DNA from: a virus
Lineage: Duplodnaviria; Caudoviricetes
Length of the DNA: 64,000 nt
Strand: one strand, 5' to 3'
Virus record (IMG/VR): IMGVR_UViG_2700989102_000001
Span: 42,328 to 106,327 of that record
Shown: one piece after another, positions 1 through 8,948 of the stretch
Numbering within the stretch: the stretch's first letter is position 1
Layout of the letters: every line of letters begins with the position of its first letter
Position numbers and translations under genes: made by a program
Notes under the pieces: model-generated
What the model was told of the DNA's origin: nothing
What the model saw: only the letters and a program-made list of their open reading frames with translations
The model's database searches: none

Positions 1-145
1 TCTCGCCGTAGTCAACCGCCACGGGGAGGAAGTCCTCGCCGCTCTGGCGAAGATAGTCGTTCGCCTCTGCGCGGTCTTCCGTGGTAAACAGAACTTCGTC
101 ATAGCCCTTGCTGTAGACCGTGATGATCACGCTTGCGGTCATCAT
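1..145 (-). CDS. Hypothetical protein (partial, runs off window)
   Basis: MMTASVIITVYSKGYDEV...; start overlaps stop of upstream gene. Confidence 0.55.
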   Translation of the reverse strand, partial: MMTASVIITVYSKGYDEVLFTTEDRAEANDYLRQSGEDFLPVAVDYGE

Positions 146-294
146 TCATCACCCCCGAGGAGTTCGCGCTCCCATTCGGCCGTCTCGAAGTGGTAGATGT
201 TCTCTAGGCAGCCGTACCCGTCCGGGTCGCCGGGCTCGCGCTCTCGGCGATCGCCGCCGCAGTGGCTACAGAAGGGCCCGTACTCGTAGGTCAT
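142..294 (-). CDS. Small CxxC protein, paralog of 1365-1544
   Basis: MTYEYGPFCSHCGGDR...GYGCLENIYH; 4-bp overlaps with neighbours. Confidence 0.7.
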   Translation of the reverse strand: MTYEYGPFCSHCGGDRREREPGDPDGYGCLENIYHFETAEWERELLGGDE

Positions 295-707
295 TCCACC
301 ACCTGCACAACCCGGGCGCTCAACTGCCCATCGGGGGTGCTGCAATACTCCCAGTCGCCGAGTTGGCTCCACTTGTCGCCGACCATGTCGAAGTTGCCGA
401 CCTTGCCGTCGTCGCACCCCAGAACTTCGTACACCACGGTGAAGCGCATGGTTTCCGGGAGGATCGGCCCGTTGTACCGGGGGTCGATTTTGAATCGGAC
501 ATTGCATCCGGCCGAGCCGTAGCACTGCCGTTCGATGACGTTGACGCCGACCTGGAAATCCCCAGGCACGGGGAGACTAGCCTCCTCAACAACGACTGCG
601 GGAGTAGTGGTCGCGGGGGAGCCCGCGGCGATCGGTTTACCGTCGACCGGGACGCACGCCACGCCGAAGAGTGCGGTCGTTGCGATTACTGTTGCGATGC
701 GTAGCAT
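291..707 (-). CDS. Putative lipoprotein
   Basis: Signal peptide with lipobox-like FGVAC; SD upstream. Confidence 0.7.
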   Translation of the reverse strand: MLRIATVIATTALFGVACVPVDGKPIAAGSPATTTPAVVVEEASLPVPGDFQVGVNVIERQCYGSAGCNVRFKIDPRYNGPILPETMRFTVVYEVLGCDDGKVGNFDMVGDKWSQLGDWEYCSTPDGQLSARVVQVVE

Positions 708-726
708 GGTGCTTGCCTTTCATTGA

Positions 727-766
727 GGGCGTGGGCGGGCGGTTCTTGACGGGGCGGCCCGCCCAC
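727..766. terminator. GC-rich hairpin between genes
   Basis: GTGGGCGGGC ... GCCCGCCCAC inverted repeat. Confidence 0.4.
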
Positions 767-928
767 TTACAGGTACATCCCCAAGAGGGGTTCTGGTTCC
801 TTGATGGGCTCAAGGTGCTCGTCGAGGTATTCGGCGGTCAGTCGATTGGTGACAACGGCGCTGGCGACCAGAACCCGCCGGGCGAACTGCCGAGTCACGG
901 GAAATGTCAGACGATGGGCGATATCCAT
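767..928 (-). CDS. Hypothetical protein
   Basis: 53-aa ORF MDIAHRLTF... filling gap after lsr2. Confidence 0.5.
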   Translation of the reverse strand: MDIAHRLTFPVTRQFARRVLVASAVVTNRLTAEYLDEHLEPIKEPEPLLGMYL

Positions 929-930
929 GA

Positions 931-1281
931 CTACCCCGCGTGTGAGAACTGCGGATGGGCCTCTTCGAAGGCGTTGACAATATCCCGGGGGATGCGCCCG
1001 CGGTCGGACACCTTCTTGCCGCTGCGCCGCGCCCAGTCCCGGATGGCGGACAGCTGGTCGGCCTTGTCGGTGGGCGACACCTTGGCCTTGGGCTTGGGAG
1101 CGGCCTTCTTGCTGCCGTGGACCTTGCGGGCGGATTCGATGAAGCCGGCGAGGGCCTTTTCCAGCTCCTCGTAGGTGGAGTCGACGAGGTCGATCTCGTA
1201 GGCCTCGCCCTCGATGGAGAATCGGCGCGTCTTTGCGCCCTCGTCTCCCGTGATGTCATCCACTAGCACCGTCTTGATCAT
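931..1281 (-). CDS. lsr2: Lsr2-like nucleoid-associated protein
   Basis: LVDDI..YEIDL dimerisation domain and IRDWARRSG..VSDRGRIP DNA-binding domain; GGAG SD. Confidence 0.92.
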   Translation of the reverse strand: MIKTVLVDDITGDEGAKTRRFSIEGEAYEIDLVDSTYEELEKALAGFIESARKVHGSKKAAPKPKAKVSPTDKADQLSAIRDWARRSGKKVSDRGRIPRDIVNAFEEAHPQFSHAG

Positions 1282-1316
1282 GTCATCTCCTTCGGATAAC
1301 GGATTGGTTATCTAGA

Positions 1317-1345
1317 AAGATATAGACCTATCGAGAAGGCGTCAA
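1317..1345 (-). promoter_or_regulatory. Putative SigA promoter for lsr2
   Basis: TTGACG-N17-TATCTT on minus strand. Confidence 0.5.
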
Positions 1346-1364
1346 CCTAAATCTTGCTGAGAGA

Positions 1365-1544
1365 TTAATCCTCACCCCGATGATCGGCCATACAGTCCTC
1401 GGGGCAATTCTCGTCGCATCCGCAGCCGAGGGCGTCTTCGGAGTGATAGATGTTCTCTAAGCATCCATATCCGTCGAGGTCGGCGGGCTCGCGCCTGCCC
1501 CGATCTCCGCCGCAGTGACTGCAGAAGGGGGAGTATTCAATCAC
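1365..1544 (-). CDS. Small Cys-rich protein, paralog of 142-294
   Basis: MIEYSPFCSHCGGDRGRREPADLDGYGCLENIYH... Confidence 0.65.
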   Translation of the reverse strand: MIEYSPFCSHCGGDRGRREPADLDGYGCLENIYHSEDALGCGCDENCPEDCMADHRGED

Positions 1545-1687
1545 TTCTCCGCCGCCTCGCTATCGTGATATTCCTTGACCTCCGCCATGGACATCTGCTT
1601 CAGGCAACCGCAGGTCCACACGCCGTCCATAACCTCCCAGTCGAAGCCTCCGCAGCGAGAGCATGTGACATTCCGGGTCCAGCTCAC
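1541..1687 (-). CDS. Small zinc-ribbon protein
   Basis: CSRC...CGC; coupled start/stop overlaps. Confidence 0.55.
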   Translation of the reverse strand: MSWTRNVTCSRCGGFDWEVMDGVWTCGCLKQMSMAEVKEYHDSEAAEK

Positions 1688-1902
1688 CGGCGCTTCTCTT
1701 CCCAGACGATATTGCCCTCGGCGTCTTCCACGGCGTCGGGTTCCCATTCGCCGGCGAGATCGAAGTCTCTGGCGCACTGGTGACATAGCGAGCCCGGAAG
1801 CTCGTCCCATGCCCTGTCGATAGCCTCGCTGTAATCCTCGGCCTCAACCCGCTTCACCACGGTGCCGACGGCTTGCGCAAACCAGACGGTGTATTCGTTC
1901 AT
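1684..1902 (-). CDS. Hypothetical protein
   Basis: 72-aa ORF with AAGGAAAG SD. Confidence 0.7.
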   Translation of the reverse strand: MNEYTVWFAQAVGTVVKRVEAEDYSEAIDRAWDELPGSLCHQCARDFDLAGEWEPDAVEDAEGNIVWEEKRR

Positions 1903-1936
1903 TGCTTTCCTTTACGTTCCGGTGCGGCCTTCTGGC

Positions 1937-2137
1937 TCATCCCAGCGGCCTCACTTTCGCGCTCTTCACCGCCACCGTCTGATACGGAGACATCCGGGAA
2001 GTAATGGCGCCGTAGTCCGCCTCGGGGTCCACTTTGATCGTGCAGAACACCCAGCCGCGCTCAACTTTCTCGACGTGGCCCCGGTGTTCTAGGCCTTCAA
2101 ATTCGACGATGACGTCATCGCCAGGCTTGGGGGTCAC
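1937..2137 (-). CDS. Hypothetical SH3-like protein
   Basis: KPGDDVIVEFEG...GHVEKVE. Confidence 0.65.
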   Translation of the reverse strand: MTPKPGDDVIVEFEGLEHRGHVEKVERGWVFCTIKVDPEADYGAITSRMSPYQTVAVKSAKVRPLG

Positions 2138-2307
2138 GCCTTCTCCAAAAGTCGGGTGAGATCGGCGCGCACCGACCGGTAAGCATCGTCCAGCGCGCTG
2201 ATCGCGTTGGTGACGGTTGTGTAGGTGATGTCGGGTATCTCGACGGACACATGCGGGCCATAACCCGCCCCGTAGAACTCGTGCTTGTTGAATACGTGCC
2301 TGTTCAC
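2134..2307 (-). CDS. Hypothetical protein
   Basis: 57-aa ORF with GTGA overlaps at both ends. Confidence 0.55.
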   Translation of the reverse strand: MNRHVFNKHEFYGAGYGPHVSVEIPDITYTTVTNAISALDDAYRSVRADLTRLLEKA

Positions 2308-2681
2308 AGTTCTTGCTCCCGCCAGTTAGGGTTGGCCGCCTCTACCGCGGCCGAGAAGTCTGCCAATTCGCCCCGCATCCACTCTGCGATCTCGCCATCG
2401 CGGCTGTAGTGCTTGAAGCGCTTGCCCGGGCGGGTGGCGGCCATCCAGCACGTCTTATCGGAGAACAGGTCCAGGTGGACCGAGCGGTCGCCGCCGCGCC
2501 AATAGAACGTCAGGTCCCCGTTGTCCGGCGCAATCGAGGCGTACACAGTATCCGGGGTGAAAAGCTGCTCCACCACCTTGTAGCCCCACTGAGCCGTGTG
2601 CAGGCCGATGTGCCCGCCACTCCAGAGGTTGGCGATATCCAACTTGGCCCGCTCGGTAGCGGAGCGTGTATCAAGCTTCAT
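2304..2681 (-). CDS. Hypothetical protein
   Basis: MKLDTRSATE...; coupled to upstream stop. Confidence 0.65.
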   Translation of the reverse strand: MKLDTRSATERAKLDIANLWSGGHIGLHTAQWGYKVVEQLFTPDTVYASIAPDNGDLTFYWRGGDRSVHLDLFSDKTCWMAATRPGKRFKHYSRDGEIAEWMRGELADFSAAVEAANPNWREQEL

Positions 2682-2920
2682 GATTCCCCCGGCTCGAGGA
2701 TCAGATGGGCCACCCCGGCGTCCGAGCGGTCGGGGATGTAGATGGACATCTCGGTCACGTAATAGACGGGCTCTTTTGAGCCCGGCCTGGCCGACACGTG
2801 CCACCCGCTATGGCCTTCGCGGCCGACGCAGAACACCTTCCCAACGCGATCATTGGACTCGAATCCGCAGTGCTGGAGGTCGGCGACGCGCGGGCGCCCC
2901 TCCTTTAGGCGATGCTTCAT
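2678..2920 (-). CDS. Hypothetical protein
   Basis: ORF with ATGA overlaps. Confidence 0.6.
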   Translation of the reverse strand: MKHRLKEGRPRVADLQHCGFESNDRVGKVFCVGREGHSGWHVSARPGSKEPVYYVTEMSIYIPDRSDAGVAHLILEPGES

Positions 2921-3207
2921 TCGACTACCCTCCAGCCGTCGATGTAGGGAGCCTTCAGCCGGGCGACATTGTCCTCGCCGTTGACCCCCACTGACCTCGG
3001 CAGCTTGACCACCGCGTAGCGCTCGGCATCTAGATCGGCCAGGATCACGTCAGCCGCGGCGCGGCGCACCTCATCACTCCACCCGGCGAGAAGTCCAAGG
3101 TTGCGCAGTGTGCGGGCAATACTTTCGGACGCCCCGACATCAATGAAGTCTGGGCGAGGATTGGAGCGCAGCATATCCTCGATCCATTCGCCTAACTCAC
3201 TCATCAC
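2917..3207 (-). CDS. Hypothetical protein (YAVVKLP junction-motif family)
   Basis: ORF track; operon packing. Confidence 0.6.
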   Translation of the reverse strand: MMSELGEWIEDMLRSNPRPDFIDVGASESIARTLRNLGLLAGWSDEVRRAAADVILADLDAERYAVVKLPRSVGVNGEDNVARLKAPYIDGWRVVE

Positions 3208-3397
3208 TCACCACGTATCCACGTTTGAAGAAGGCCGTCCGGACAATCTGCTCGGCAAGGTGAATCCCATGGGCCCGGCTGGAGTGGTTTCGAGAAACCT
3301 CGAAGGTGCCGGCGTCACATGTGGACTCGGCCTTGTCCATCTCGGCATTCCAGAGTTTGTCGAGTTCGGTCATGATCTCTTTGAGAATGTCGTTCAC
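3197..3397 (-). CDS. Hypothetical protein
   Basis: MNDILKEIMTELDK...; GTGA overlap. Confidence 0.6.
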   Translation of the reverse strand: MNDILKEIMTELDKLWNAEMDKAESTCDAGTFEVSRNHSSRAHGIHLAEQIVRTAFFKRGYVVSDE

Positions 3398-3609
3398 TTC
3401 AACTCCTTGATCTGGCCCCGCCACTCGCACGCGGTAAACCATTCCTGAAGGCTGTCGACAAACTCTTCCGCCTCTTCTTGCCCCATGAGATGGAATTCGG
3501 CGGTGACGGAAACGGTGCGCCCACTGAGAAGTGATCTGCCCTCGGGGCCCAATTCCCGGAGGTGACACCAGGTGAGGTACCACTCGCGGAGATGGTTGAA
3601 GATGTTCAT
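3394..3609 (-). CDS. Hypothetical protein
   Basis: MNIFNHLREW...; ATGA overlap. Confidence 0.6.
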   Translation of the reverse strand: MNIFNHLREWYLTWCHLRELGPEGRSLLSGRTVSVTAEFHLMGQEEAEEFVDSLQEWFTACEWRGQIKELK

Positions 3610-3881
3610 GAATTCTCTTTCCCGCAGGTGTGAGGATAGGGCGGCGCGCCGCTCCAACCCTCTGGATTGGGTTCAGACTGCACAACCGACCCGACATCGC
3701 TGGGCAGATCGTCGGTGTTGACCTCTACCCACCACAGTCCAGGCTGCCCAGGTATGGCCTCGCGCCGGACAAGGATGCCGCCGCTATGCGACTGGAACTG
3801 GAGTGCATCCTCTAGGCTGTCGTGCTCCTGAATCCACTCGCCCCCTCCGGGACGCGGTTGCTTCAGTGCGTAGACGCTCAT
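3606..3881 (-). CDS. Hypothetical protein
   Basis: MSVYALKQPR...; AAGGA SD. Confidence 0.6.
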   Translation of the reverse strand: MSVYALKQPRPGGGEWIQEHDSLEDALQFQSHSGGILVRREAIPGQPGLWWVEVNTDDLPSDVGSVVQSEPNPEGWSGAPPYPHTCGKENS

Positions 3882-3993
3882 TTGTGGTGTCCTTTGCAGT
3901 CGGTGGAATGCTCGGCACGGGGCTGGAAACACGCCGGACAAACAGGGCTCTCAACGAGGAAACGACCCTGGGCGGCGAGAATCACGGACAGGG

Positions 3994-4311
3994 TCATTGG
4001 TTCTGCACCGCCTGCGCGCCTGCCCTGATTCCGTTCAGATACGTCCATGCCGAGTCATACGAGTGCGGCCCAGACGCTGACGAAGTAGCGCCATAGCGCA
4101 AATGGACCGAGTAACACCCCGTCTGCTGGACCCCGCCGATCGAGTAGTTCGCTTCATGCACCGTCACGGAAAGTCCTGTCTGATCCCGGATAAGGGCGGC
4201 ACTCCACCGCAGCTTCACCAGATCAGGCCATGTCTGGTCGAATTCCGGTTCCGGGGTGTGTCCGTGCTCTGTTCGGATCATGCGGGCGTTTTCGACTTCT
4301 TCGAAGCTCAT
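3994..4311 (-). CDS. Hypothetical protein
   Basis: 105-aa ORF with SD. Confidence 0.65.
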   Translation of the reverse strand: MSFEEVENARMIRTEHGHTPEPEFDQTWPDLVKLRWSAALIRDQTGLSVTVHEANYSIGGVQQTGCYSVHLRYGATSSASGPHSYDSAWTYLNGIRAGAQAVQNQ

Positions 4312-4366
4312 TGCTGGTCCCTTTCGGCTAGGTCGCGAGCTTGCTGCTCAGCGGACGGGAAATCCC

Positions 4367-4549
4367 TCACTGCACAGCCTCCAGTCGATCCGCAGCCAAT
4401 CGCAGCCAAGCAACGGCGCTGTCGCGGTACTCCCGCCAGTCCTCCCTGCCACGTCCGACTTCACGCCACATGCGAAGAGCAACTAACGCCGCGCGATACA
4501 CGTCATCGCTGGCAAGCACCTCGGTCGATTCGATGGGTTGTTCAGGCAT
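4367..4549 (-). CDS. Hypothetical protein
   Basis: MPEQPIEST...; GAGGGGG SD. Confidence 0.55.
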   Translation of the reverse strand: MPEQPIESTEVLASDDVYRAALVALRMWREVGRGREDWREYRDSAVAWLRLAADRLEAVQ

Positions 4550-4985
4550 GGTTGTCTTCCCCCTCGGCCAGAACAGCAGCAACGGGCACCTGATGGGGCT
4601 CGATACTGCCGTCGTCACGGACGTAGCGGTTGGTCCCGCACGCAGGGCATTTGGCGACCTCGCCGTCGCGGCTTAGAGTGCCGGGCTTGAACGGTTTCCC
4701 CGATCCCGCGCAGTCCTGCATCGTCACAGCCTCGGTGGGTTCGGGTAGTTGGATTACCGCCACACCCGGAAGAGACAGGATGACCTCGGCTAGGTGGTCC
4801 GCCGCGATCTCTTCGCCCAACACGACCCGATTAATCCCTTTGATCGGGAACGTGTTGCTCTTAAAGTCGCACCCGTGGCACTGCCACCACTGGATAGATT
4901 CCTCGTCCCATCCGGAACGTGAGCACTGGTAAACCTGATGCGCTTTGAGTGCTTCTGTGAGTACGTCACGTAACTCGTGGGTCAT
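4542..4985 (-). CDS. Mosaic zinc-binding protein (SLPGVAVIQLP family)
   Basis: CxxC motifs; shares exact DNA blocks with 8949-9350. Confidence 0.7.
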   Translation of the reverse strand: MTHELRDVLTEALKAHQVYQCSRSGWDEESIQWWQCHGCDFKSNTFPIKGINRVVLGEEIAADHLAEVILSLPGVAVIQLPEPTEAVTMQDCAGSGKPFKPGTLSRDGEVAKCPACGTNRYVRDDGSIEPHQVPVAAVLAEGEDNHA

Positions 4986-5209
4986 CGACCGCTCCTATGA
5001 ATCTCCGCCGCCCGCGCTTTTGCAGCATTCAGCGTTGGCCAGTCCCCGCTCCACGGCTCCTCGGCGTCGGAGTCGTACAACTCCCAACGGTTCGATGTCG
5101 CGTTCTTTGGGTGAAGAATTTTCCACCGGCCATCATCGCTTTCGTAATTGAGATACGGCAGCCTTGAGGGTTCACGTCGCCAGATAATCGGCATTTTCGG
5201 GTCTCTCAC
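4982..5209 (-). CDS. Hypothetical protein
   Basis: ORF with overlaps at both ends. Confidence 0.6.
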   Translation of the reverse strand: MRDPKMPIIWRREPSRLPYLNYESDDGRWKILHPKNATSNRWELYDSDAEEPWSGDWPTLNAAKARAAEIHRSGR

Positions 5210-5544
5210 CGTTCCCCCTCGGCTACAACCGCAGCAGCGAGAAGAGCGGCGGCGAGTTCACGCGCCTCCCCGGGACTCATCGGCTCCTCCGGTTCGAGGT
5301 CGTAATCGAAATGAACCTCGCCGGGGTAGTCGTCCCACACGAGGACGCGGTGGAGCGCCACGCTGGGCCAGCCGACTGCGACCTCGTCCTCTTCGCGCTC
5401 TTCGGGTTCGGGTAGTTCTACTAGAGCGATACGGTTAGCCTCGAATGCCGCGAGGATGTTGCGCGCCTCGTCGTAGTCAAGCGCGGTGACATCTTCGTCA
5501 TCCGCCAAGGCTTTGGCGATGGTGCCAAGAATTCGGTCACTCAT
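5206..5544 (-). CDS. Hypothetical protein (ANRIALVELPEP family)
   Basis: MSDRILGT...; motif shared with 9347-9691. Confidence 0.7.
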   Translation of the reverse strand: MSDRILGTIAKALADDEDVTALDYDEARNILAAFEANRIALVELPEPEEREEDEVAVGWPSVALHRVLVWDDYPGEVHFDYDLEPEEPMSPGEARELAAALLAAAVVAEGER

Positions 5545-5741
5545 CACGCCTCCTGAAATTGCTTCTTGAGCCATTCCCTGGCTTCTTCACGCTGGACCAT
5601 CACCCGCCGGCCGATCCGGGCGTAGCGCGGCCCGTACCCCACCTGCTTCCAGTACCGCACTGTGGCCAGGGGCACTTGGGCCTCGCGGGCGAAGTCTTCG
5701 AGCGTCATCAACAACGGCTCGCTTGAACTGCTCTGCTCCAT
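5544..5741 (-). CDS. xis: Excisionase / recombination directionality factor (HTH)
   Basis: LMTLEDFAREAQVPLATVRYW...GPRYARIGRRV winged HTH, divergent from integrase. Confidence 0.8.
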   Translation of the reverse strand: MEQSSSSEPLLMTLEDFAREAQVPLATVRYWKQVGYGPRYARIGRRVMVQREEAREWLKKQFQEA

Positions 5742-5817
5742 ACGCAACACTGTACTGCATTGAACTATAGCATGGAACACACTGCAGTGATGAGATCCTG
5801 CAACAAAATGAGTTTTC

Positions 5818-7047
5818 ATGCATACGCTGTCCGGTATGCAGAACCGCACGCCGGGTCGGCGCGGAGTCACCGACATGTGGTACCGCGACGACGGAACTCC
5901 CACCCAACTCGCGGCACCCGGAACCACGCCCAAGAACCCCTCCGGAAGCGGGGCCAGGTGGCGCGCCTGGTACATCGACACCGCCGGAAAGCAGCGCACC
6001 AAGAAGTTCCCCAACAAGAAGGGGGCGGAGCGGTGGGCCGACGACCAGGCCAACAAAATCAACACCGGGACATGGGTCGCCCCCGAAGTCGCCTCGGAGA
6101 CCTTCGCAACCGTGGCGGAAAAGTGGTACGCCACCAAGTCCAACCGGGAGGCGACCACCAAGCACGGCTACCGCAACATCCTCGACACCATCGTCCTGCC
6201 GAAGTGGGGTAAGGATTCGTTGGCCTCCATTGACCACGAGTCCCTACAGGACTGGATCAACGAGCTCTCCACCACCAGTGAGTACCGGACCAAGGGCTCC
6301 GGGGGCTTCTCGGCCTCCAGGACCATCCAGATCCACCTGGTGATGAACGGGGTGCTGAAGTATGCCGTGCGAACGGAGAGGATCACCAGGAACCCCGCAG
6401 AGGGGTTGGAACTGCCCACCAAGAAGAAGACCTCCCGGCAGCGGTACCTCACCCACGGTCAGCTACAGGAGTTCGCCGGCGAGATGGGACGCTTCGAGGG
6501 CCTAACCCTCCTACTGGGGTACTGCGGCGCCCGCACCAGCGAAGCCTTCGGCGCCAGGGGTAGGGACTTCCGAGGGAGGGTCTGGGAGCTGCACGGGGCA
6601 GTGGTGAGGAAGGTGGAGAAAGACACCAAGACGCACCGGGCCCGGTTCATCCCCGTCCCCGAGGTGGTGTGGAACAAGCTCCAGATGCCCGCCAATCCCG
6701 ATTCCCTGCTCTTCCCCGGCCGGAAGGGGCACATCACCACGGGGGAGTACCGCTGGGCCTTTGACAGGGCCCTGAGGGCGGTGCAGGAGCGTACGGAGAA
6801 GATCCGTCAGGAGGAGATCGCGTCAACAGGGAGAGCGGTGACGCCGGCGTTCCCCACCATCACGCCTCACGACCTCCGGCACACCTGCGCATCGCTGGCC
6901 ATCTCCTCGGGGGCCAACGTCAAGGCCGTCCAGAACCTCCTGGGGCACGCCACCGCAGTGATGACCCTCGATCTGTATGGGCACTTGCTGTCGGACGATC
7001 TCCAGCGGGTGATGGACGCCCTCGATGAAGCGGCGGCTGCGGCATGA
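5818..7047 (+). CDS. int: Tyrosine integrase
   Basis: Catalytic R (GART), HDLRH, LGH and Y (LDLYGH); adjacent attP. Confidence 0.95.
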   Translation: MHTLSGMQNRTPGRRGVTDMWYRDDGTPTQLAAPGTTPKNPSGSGARWRAWYIDTAGKQRTKKFPNKKGAERWADDQANKINTGTWVAPEVASETFATVAEKWYATKSNREATTKHGYRNILDTIVLPKWGKDSLASIDHESLQDWINELSTTSEYRTKGSGGFSASRTIQIHLVMNGVLKYAVRTERITRNPAEGLELPTKKKTSRQRYLTHGQLQEFAGEMGRFEGLTLLLGYCGARTSEAFGARGRDFRGRVWELHGAVVRKVEKDTKTHRARFIPVPEVVWNKLQMPANPDSLLFPGRKGHITTGEYRWAFDRALRAVQERTEKIRQEEIASTGRAVTPAFPTITPHDLRHTCASLAISSGANVKAVQNLLGHATAVMTLDLYGHLLSDDLQRVMDALDEAAAAA

Positions 7048-7064
7048 CCTGGGCGAATGGAAGA

Positions 7065-7308
7065 GCCATGGTGCGTACTATCTGCATACGGCCCCTCGGT
7101 GTGTACGGCCTCCGGGGTGAAAAACCCCCTCTGACCAGTGCCCTCGGTGAGATTCGAACTCACACTGTACGGGTTTTGAATCCTTTGCTCTCGCATTTTC
7201 TACCTGCGGGATTGCAGATCCTCAACACTGTTTCCGCAGGTTGAGTAGATGACGAGTGGTGACTGTTGCGAGTGGGCGAGCGCCATGGTGCATACGGCCT
7301 GCATACGA
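7065..7308 (+). repeat. Integrase arm-type sites flanking the attP core
   Basis: GCCATGGTGC(G/A)TAC...CTGCATACG at 7065-7093 and 7282-7308; repeated TGCATACG units. Confidence 0.7.
7138..7183 (-). other. attP: attP common core, 3' half of tRNA-Leu(CAA)
   Basis: Minus strand GGATTCAAAACCCGTACAGTGTGAGTTCGAATCTCACCGAGGGCAC: anticodon loop, T-arm and acceptor strand, just after int. Confidence 0.9.
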
Positions 7309-7732
7309 TGCGAGGGTTCTGCGGAGCGTCGCCGGGGCGAGGGCTGAACGATGGGCGCGGGCTAGCAAACTGTTTGCCGGGGTCACAGAAGCCCCCAGAA
7401 GGCTCGAACACCCTTTCGAGGGGTATTCACCTAGGGCTGGCCTGAAAGTCCGCCTACGGCCCATCCGTGGGGCGGGGAATCGGCATCCCCGGCTTGAGGG
7501 TCGAGCCGCGCGCAGGCCTAGAAGCACCTGTAAAAGATTAGATAGAAAAACAATGTTTCCTGATCTCTGGTTCTCAAGCCGACCACAAGCCCAACCGGAC
7601 CCTACGTCGGAACAACCTCTCGACGGCCGCCGTCAGGCGGCTACGGAAGTGCCCCCACCGCCCCATGTTGACCGGGATGAGACCCCGGTCACAGGAAACA
7701 TTTGCGGGTTTTTCCCGTTCCGTAAGGGATTC

Positions 7733-7890
7733 TTGTAACAGGACCTGTCACGCAGTCTGTCACGCACCTTGTCACGCACCTTGTCACGCGTGACACAGGA
7801 TAAGGATAAGGATAAGGATCTAGGAGCCTAGGATGAGGCTCCAGGATTTTTAGGATCAGGTCCAGGTTCAGGTTGAGGATCGGGACTAGG
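7733..7890. repeat. Iteron-like TGTCACGC 12-bp-period repeats plus AGGAT-type 6-bp repeats; candidate origin
   Basis: Four TGTCACGC units, then (AGGATA)x3 and degenerate AGGNTN units. Confidence 0.7.
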
Positions 7891-7898
7891 AGCGAAAA

Positions 7899-8291
7899 TT
7901 GGATCTCAGCGATATCGACGGTACCGCGTTGGACACACGTCTGAAGCACACCGTCTTGACCGACATGATCTTGCAGGACGAGCTGTCCGGGGAAGAGTTT
8001 CGGGACTTCATCAACCTGTTGGTGTGGTCGGTGTCTTTGGTGAGCGATGGGGCGTTCAGTAGCCGCGCTGCCATGCGCATCGCACACCTCCCCAAGGAAT
8101 CGTTGGAGAGGTTCTGCGAGTTGGGGTTGGTGAGCGATCGGGGCGACCACTACCGGATCGGGGATCGGTTCTGGAAGTGGCAGAGTTCCCGGGCCGACCT
8201 GGAGCAGCTGGCCCGCCGGCGCGCAAGCGCCCGTGAACGGCAGAAGGAGAAGCGCACACGGGAGGCCAGCGGCCTGCAGGTGGTGCAATGA
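7899..8291 (+). CDS. RepA-like replication initiator N-terminal-domain protein
   Basis: LLVWS...DG wHTH-like region followed by basic ARERQKEKR helix; AGGAG SD, TTG start. Confidence 0.55.
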   Translation: MDLSDIDGTALDTRLKHTVLTDMILQDELSGEEFRDFINLLVWSVSLVSDGAFSSRAAMRIAHLPKESLERFCELGLVSDRGDHYRIGDRFWKWQSSRADLEQLARRRASARERQKEKRTREASGLQVVQ

Positions 8292-8348
8292 ATTGGGTCT
8301 TCTAATTGCATCGCAGTGTGATAGGATTAACTCTGAACTGCGATTGGA

Positions 8349-8561
8349 GTGGGCATGGAGATGATGTTCACCACGGGGGCTAACTGGACCGACGGAAAGC
8401 GCAATGTCGTCATCGAAGAGGAGTACGTCTCCCGCGGAACGCGCGCCTTTGTCATCCGGAATCTGGAGACGGATCGCAAAAGTCGAATTGAACTGCCGGG
8501 GTTAACCCGCAAGTTCAATTACGTCGGCCATGACCCGAACTACACACCGAAGGGACCCTGA
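8349..8561 (+). CDS. Hypothetical protein
   Basis: ORF track, SD. Confidence 0.6.
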   Translation: MGMEMMFTTGANWTDGKRNVVIEEEYVSRGTRAFVIRNLETDRKSRIELPGLTRKFNYVGHDPNYTPKGP

Positions 8562-8564
8562 ATC

Positions 8565-8753
8565 ATGAAGATCATCGTAGAAATCGACTACGACCCCAAC
8601 TTGTCCTATTACCCGGACGAGGTCACCACAAAGCTGGAGGCACTCCAGTTCGAGGTAGCCGCCTTGGAGGAGGGCACCACGGATGTCGGGATGTTTATCA
8701 ACCACATAAAAAATATCTACGTGGTGGATGACGACGGCGTTCGGGTGGATTGA
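8565..8753 (+). CDS. Hypothetical protein
   Basis: ORF track, SD. Confidence 0.6.
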   Translation: MKIIVEIDYDPNLSYYPDEVTTKLEALQFEVAALEEGTTDVGMFINHIKNIYVVDDDGVRVD

Positions 8754-8948
8754 TGCTCTCCATTTTTATCCGATCGTTGGCCCCGCTACTTATGATCCCC
8801 TACGGGCAGTGTGTTGTCAGGCCCATGATTGATGCCGGCTTCGGTCCATGGGTGGTGGGGACGGCGATGGCCGCGCCCATTGTGGGATTTCTTATTGGGT
8901 GCGTTCGGGAGCGCCGAACGTGAAGCTCACCACCGAGGAGTTGGAACA

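Noticed and set aside
5544-6237. Long minus-strand ORFs overlapping the integrase
   Set aside because: GC-rich shadow ORFs; only the C-terminal 65 aa (xis) is credible
7138-7183. tRNA-Leu gene on the minus strand
   Set aside because: Only the 3' half is present, with no D-arm or 5' acceptor strand; position after int identifies it as the attP core
7733-7890. CRISPR-like array
   Set aside because: Units are 6-12 bp tandem repeats without unique spacers; no cas operon (the Cas4-like nuclease is a common solo phage exonuclease)
7689-8288. 199-aa minus-strand ORF with PYPYPYP/VTRC repeats
   Set aside because: Antisense to the better-supported 7899-8291 gene; the low complexity just reflects the DNA repeats
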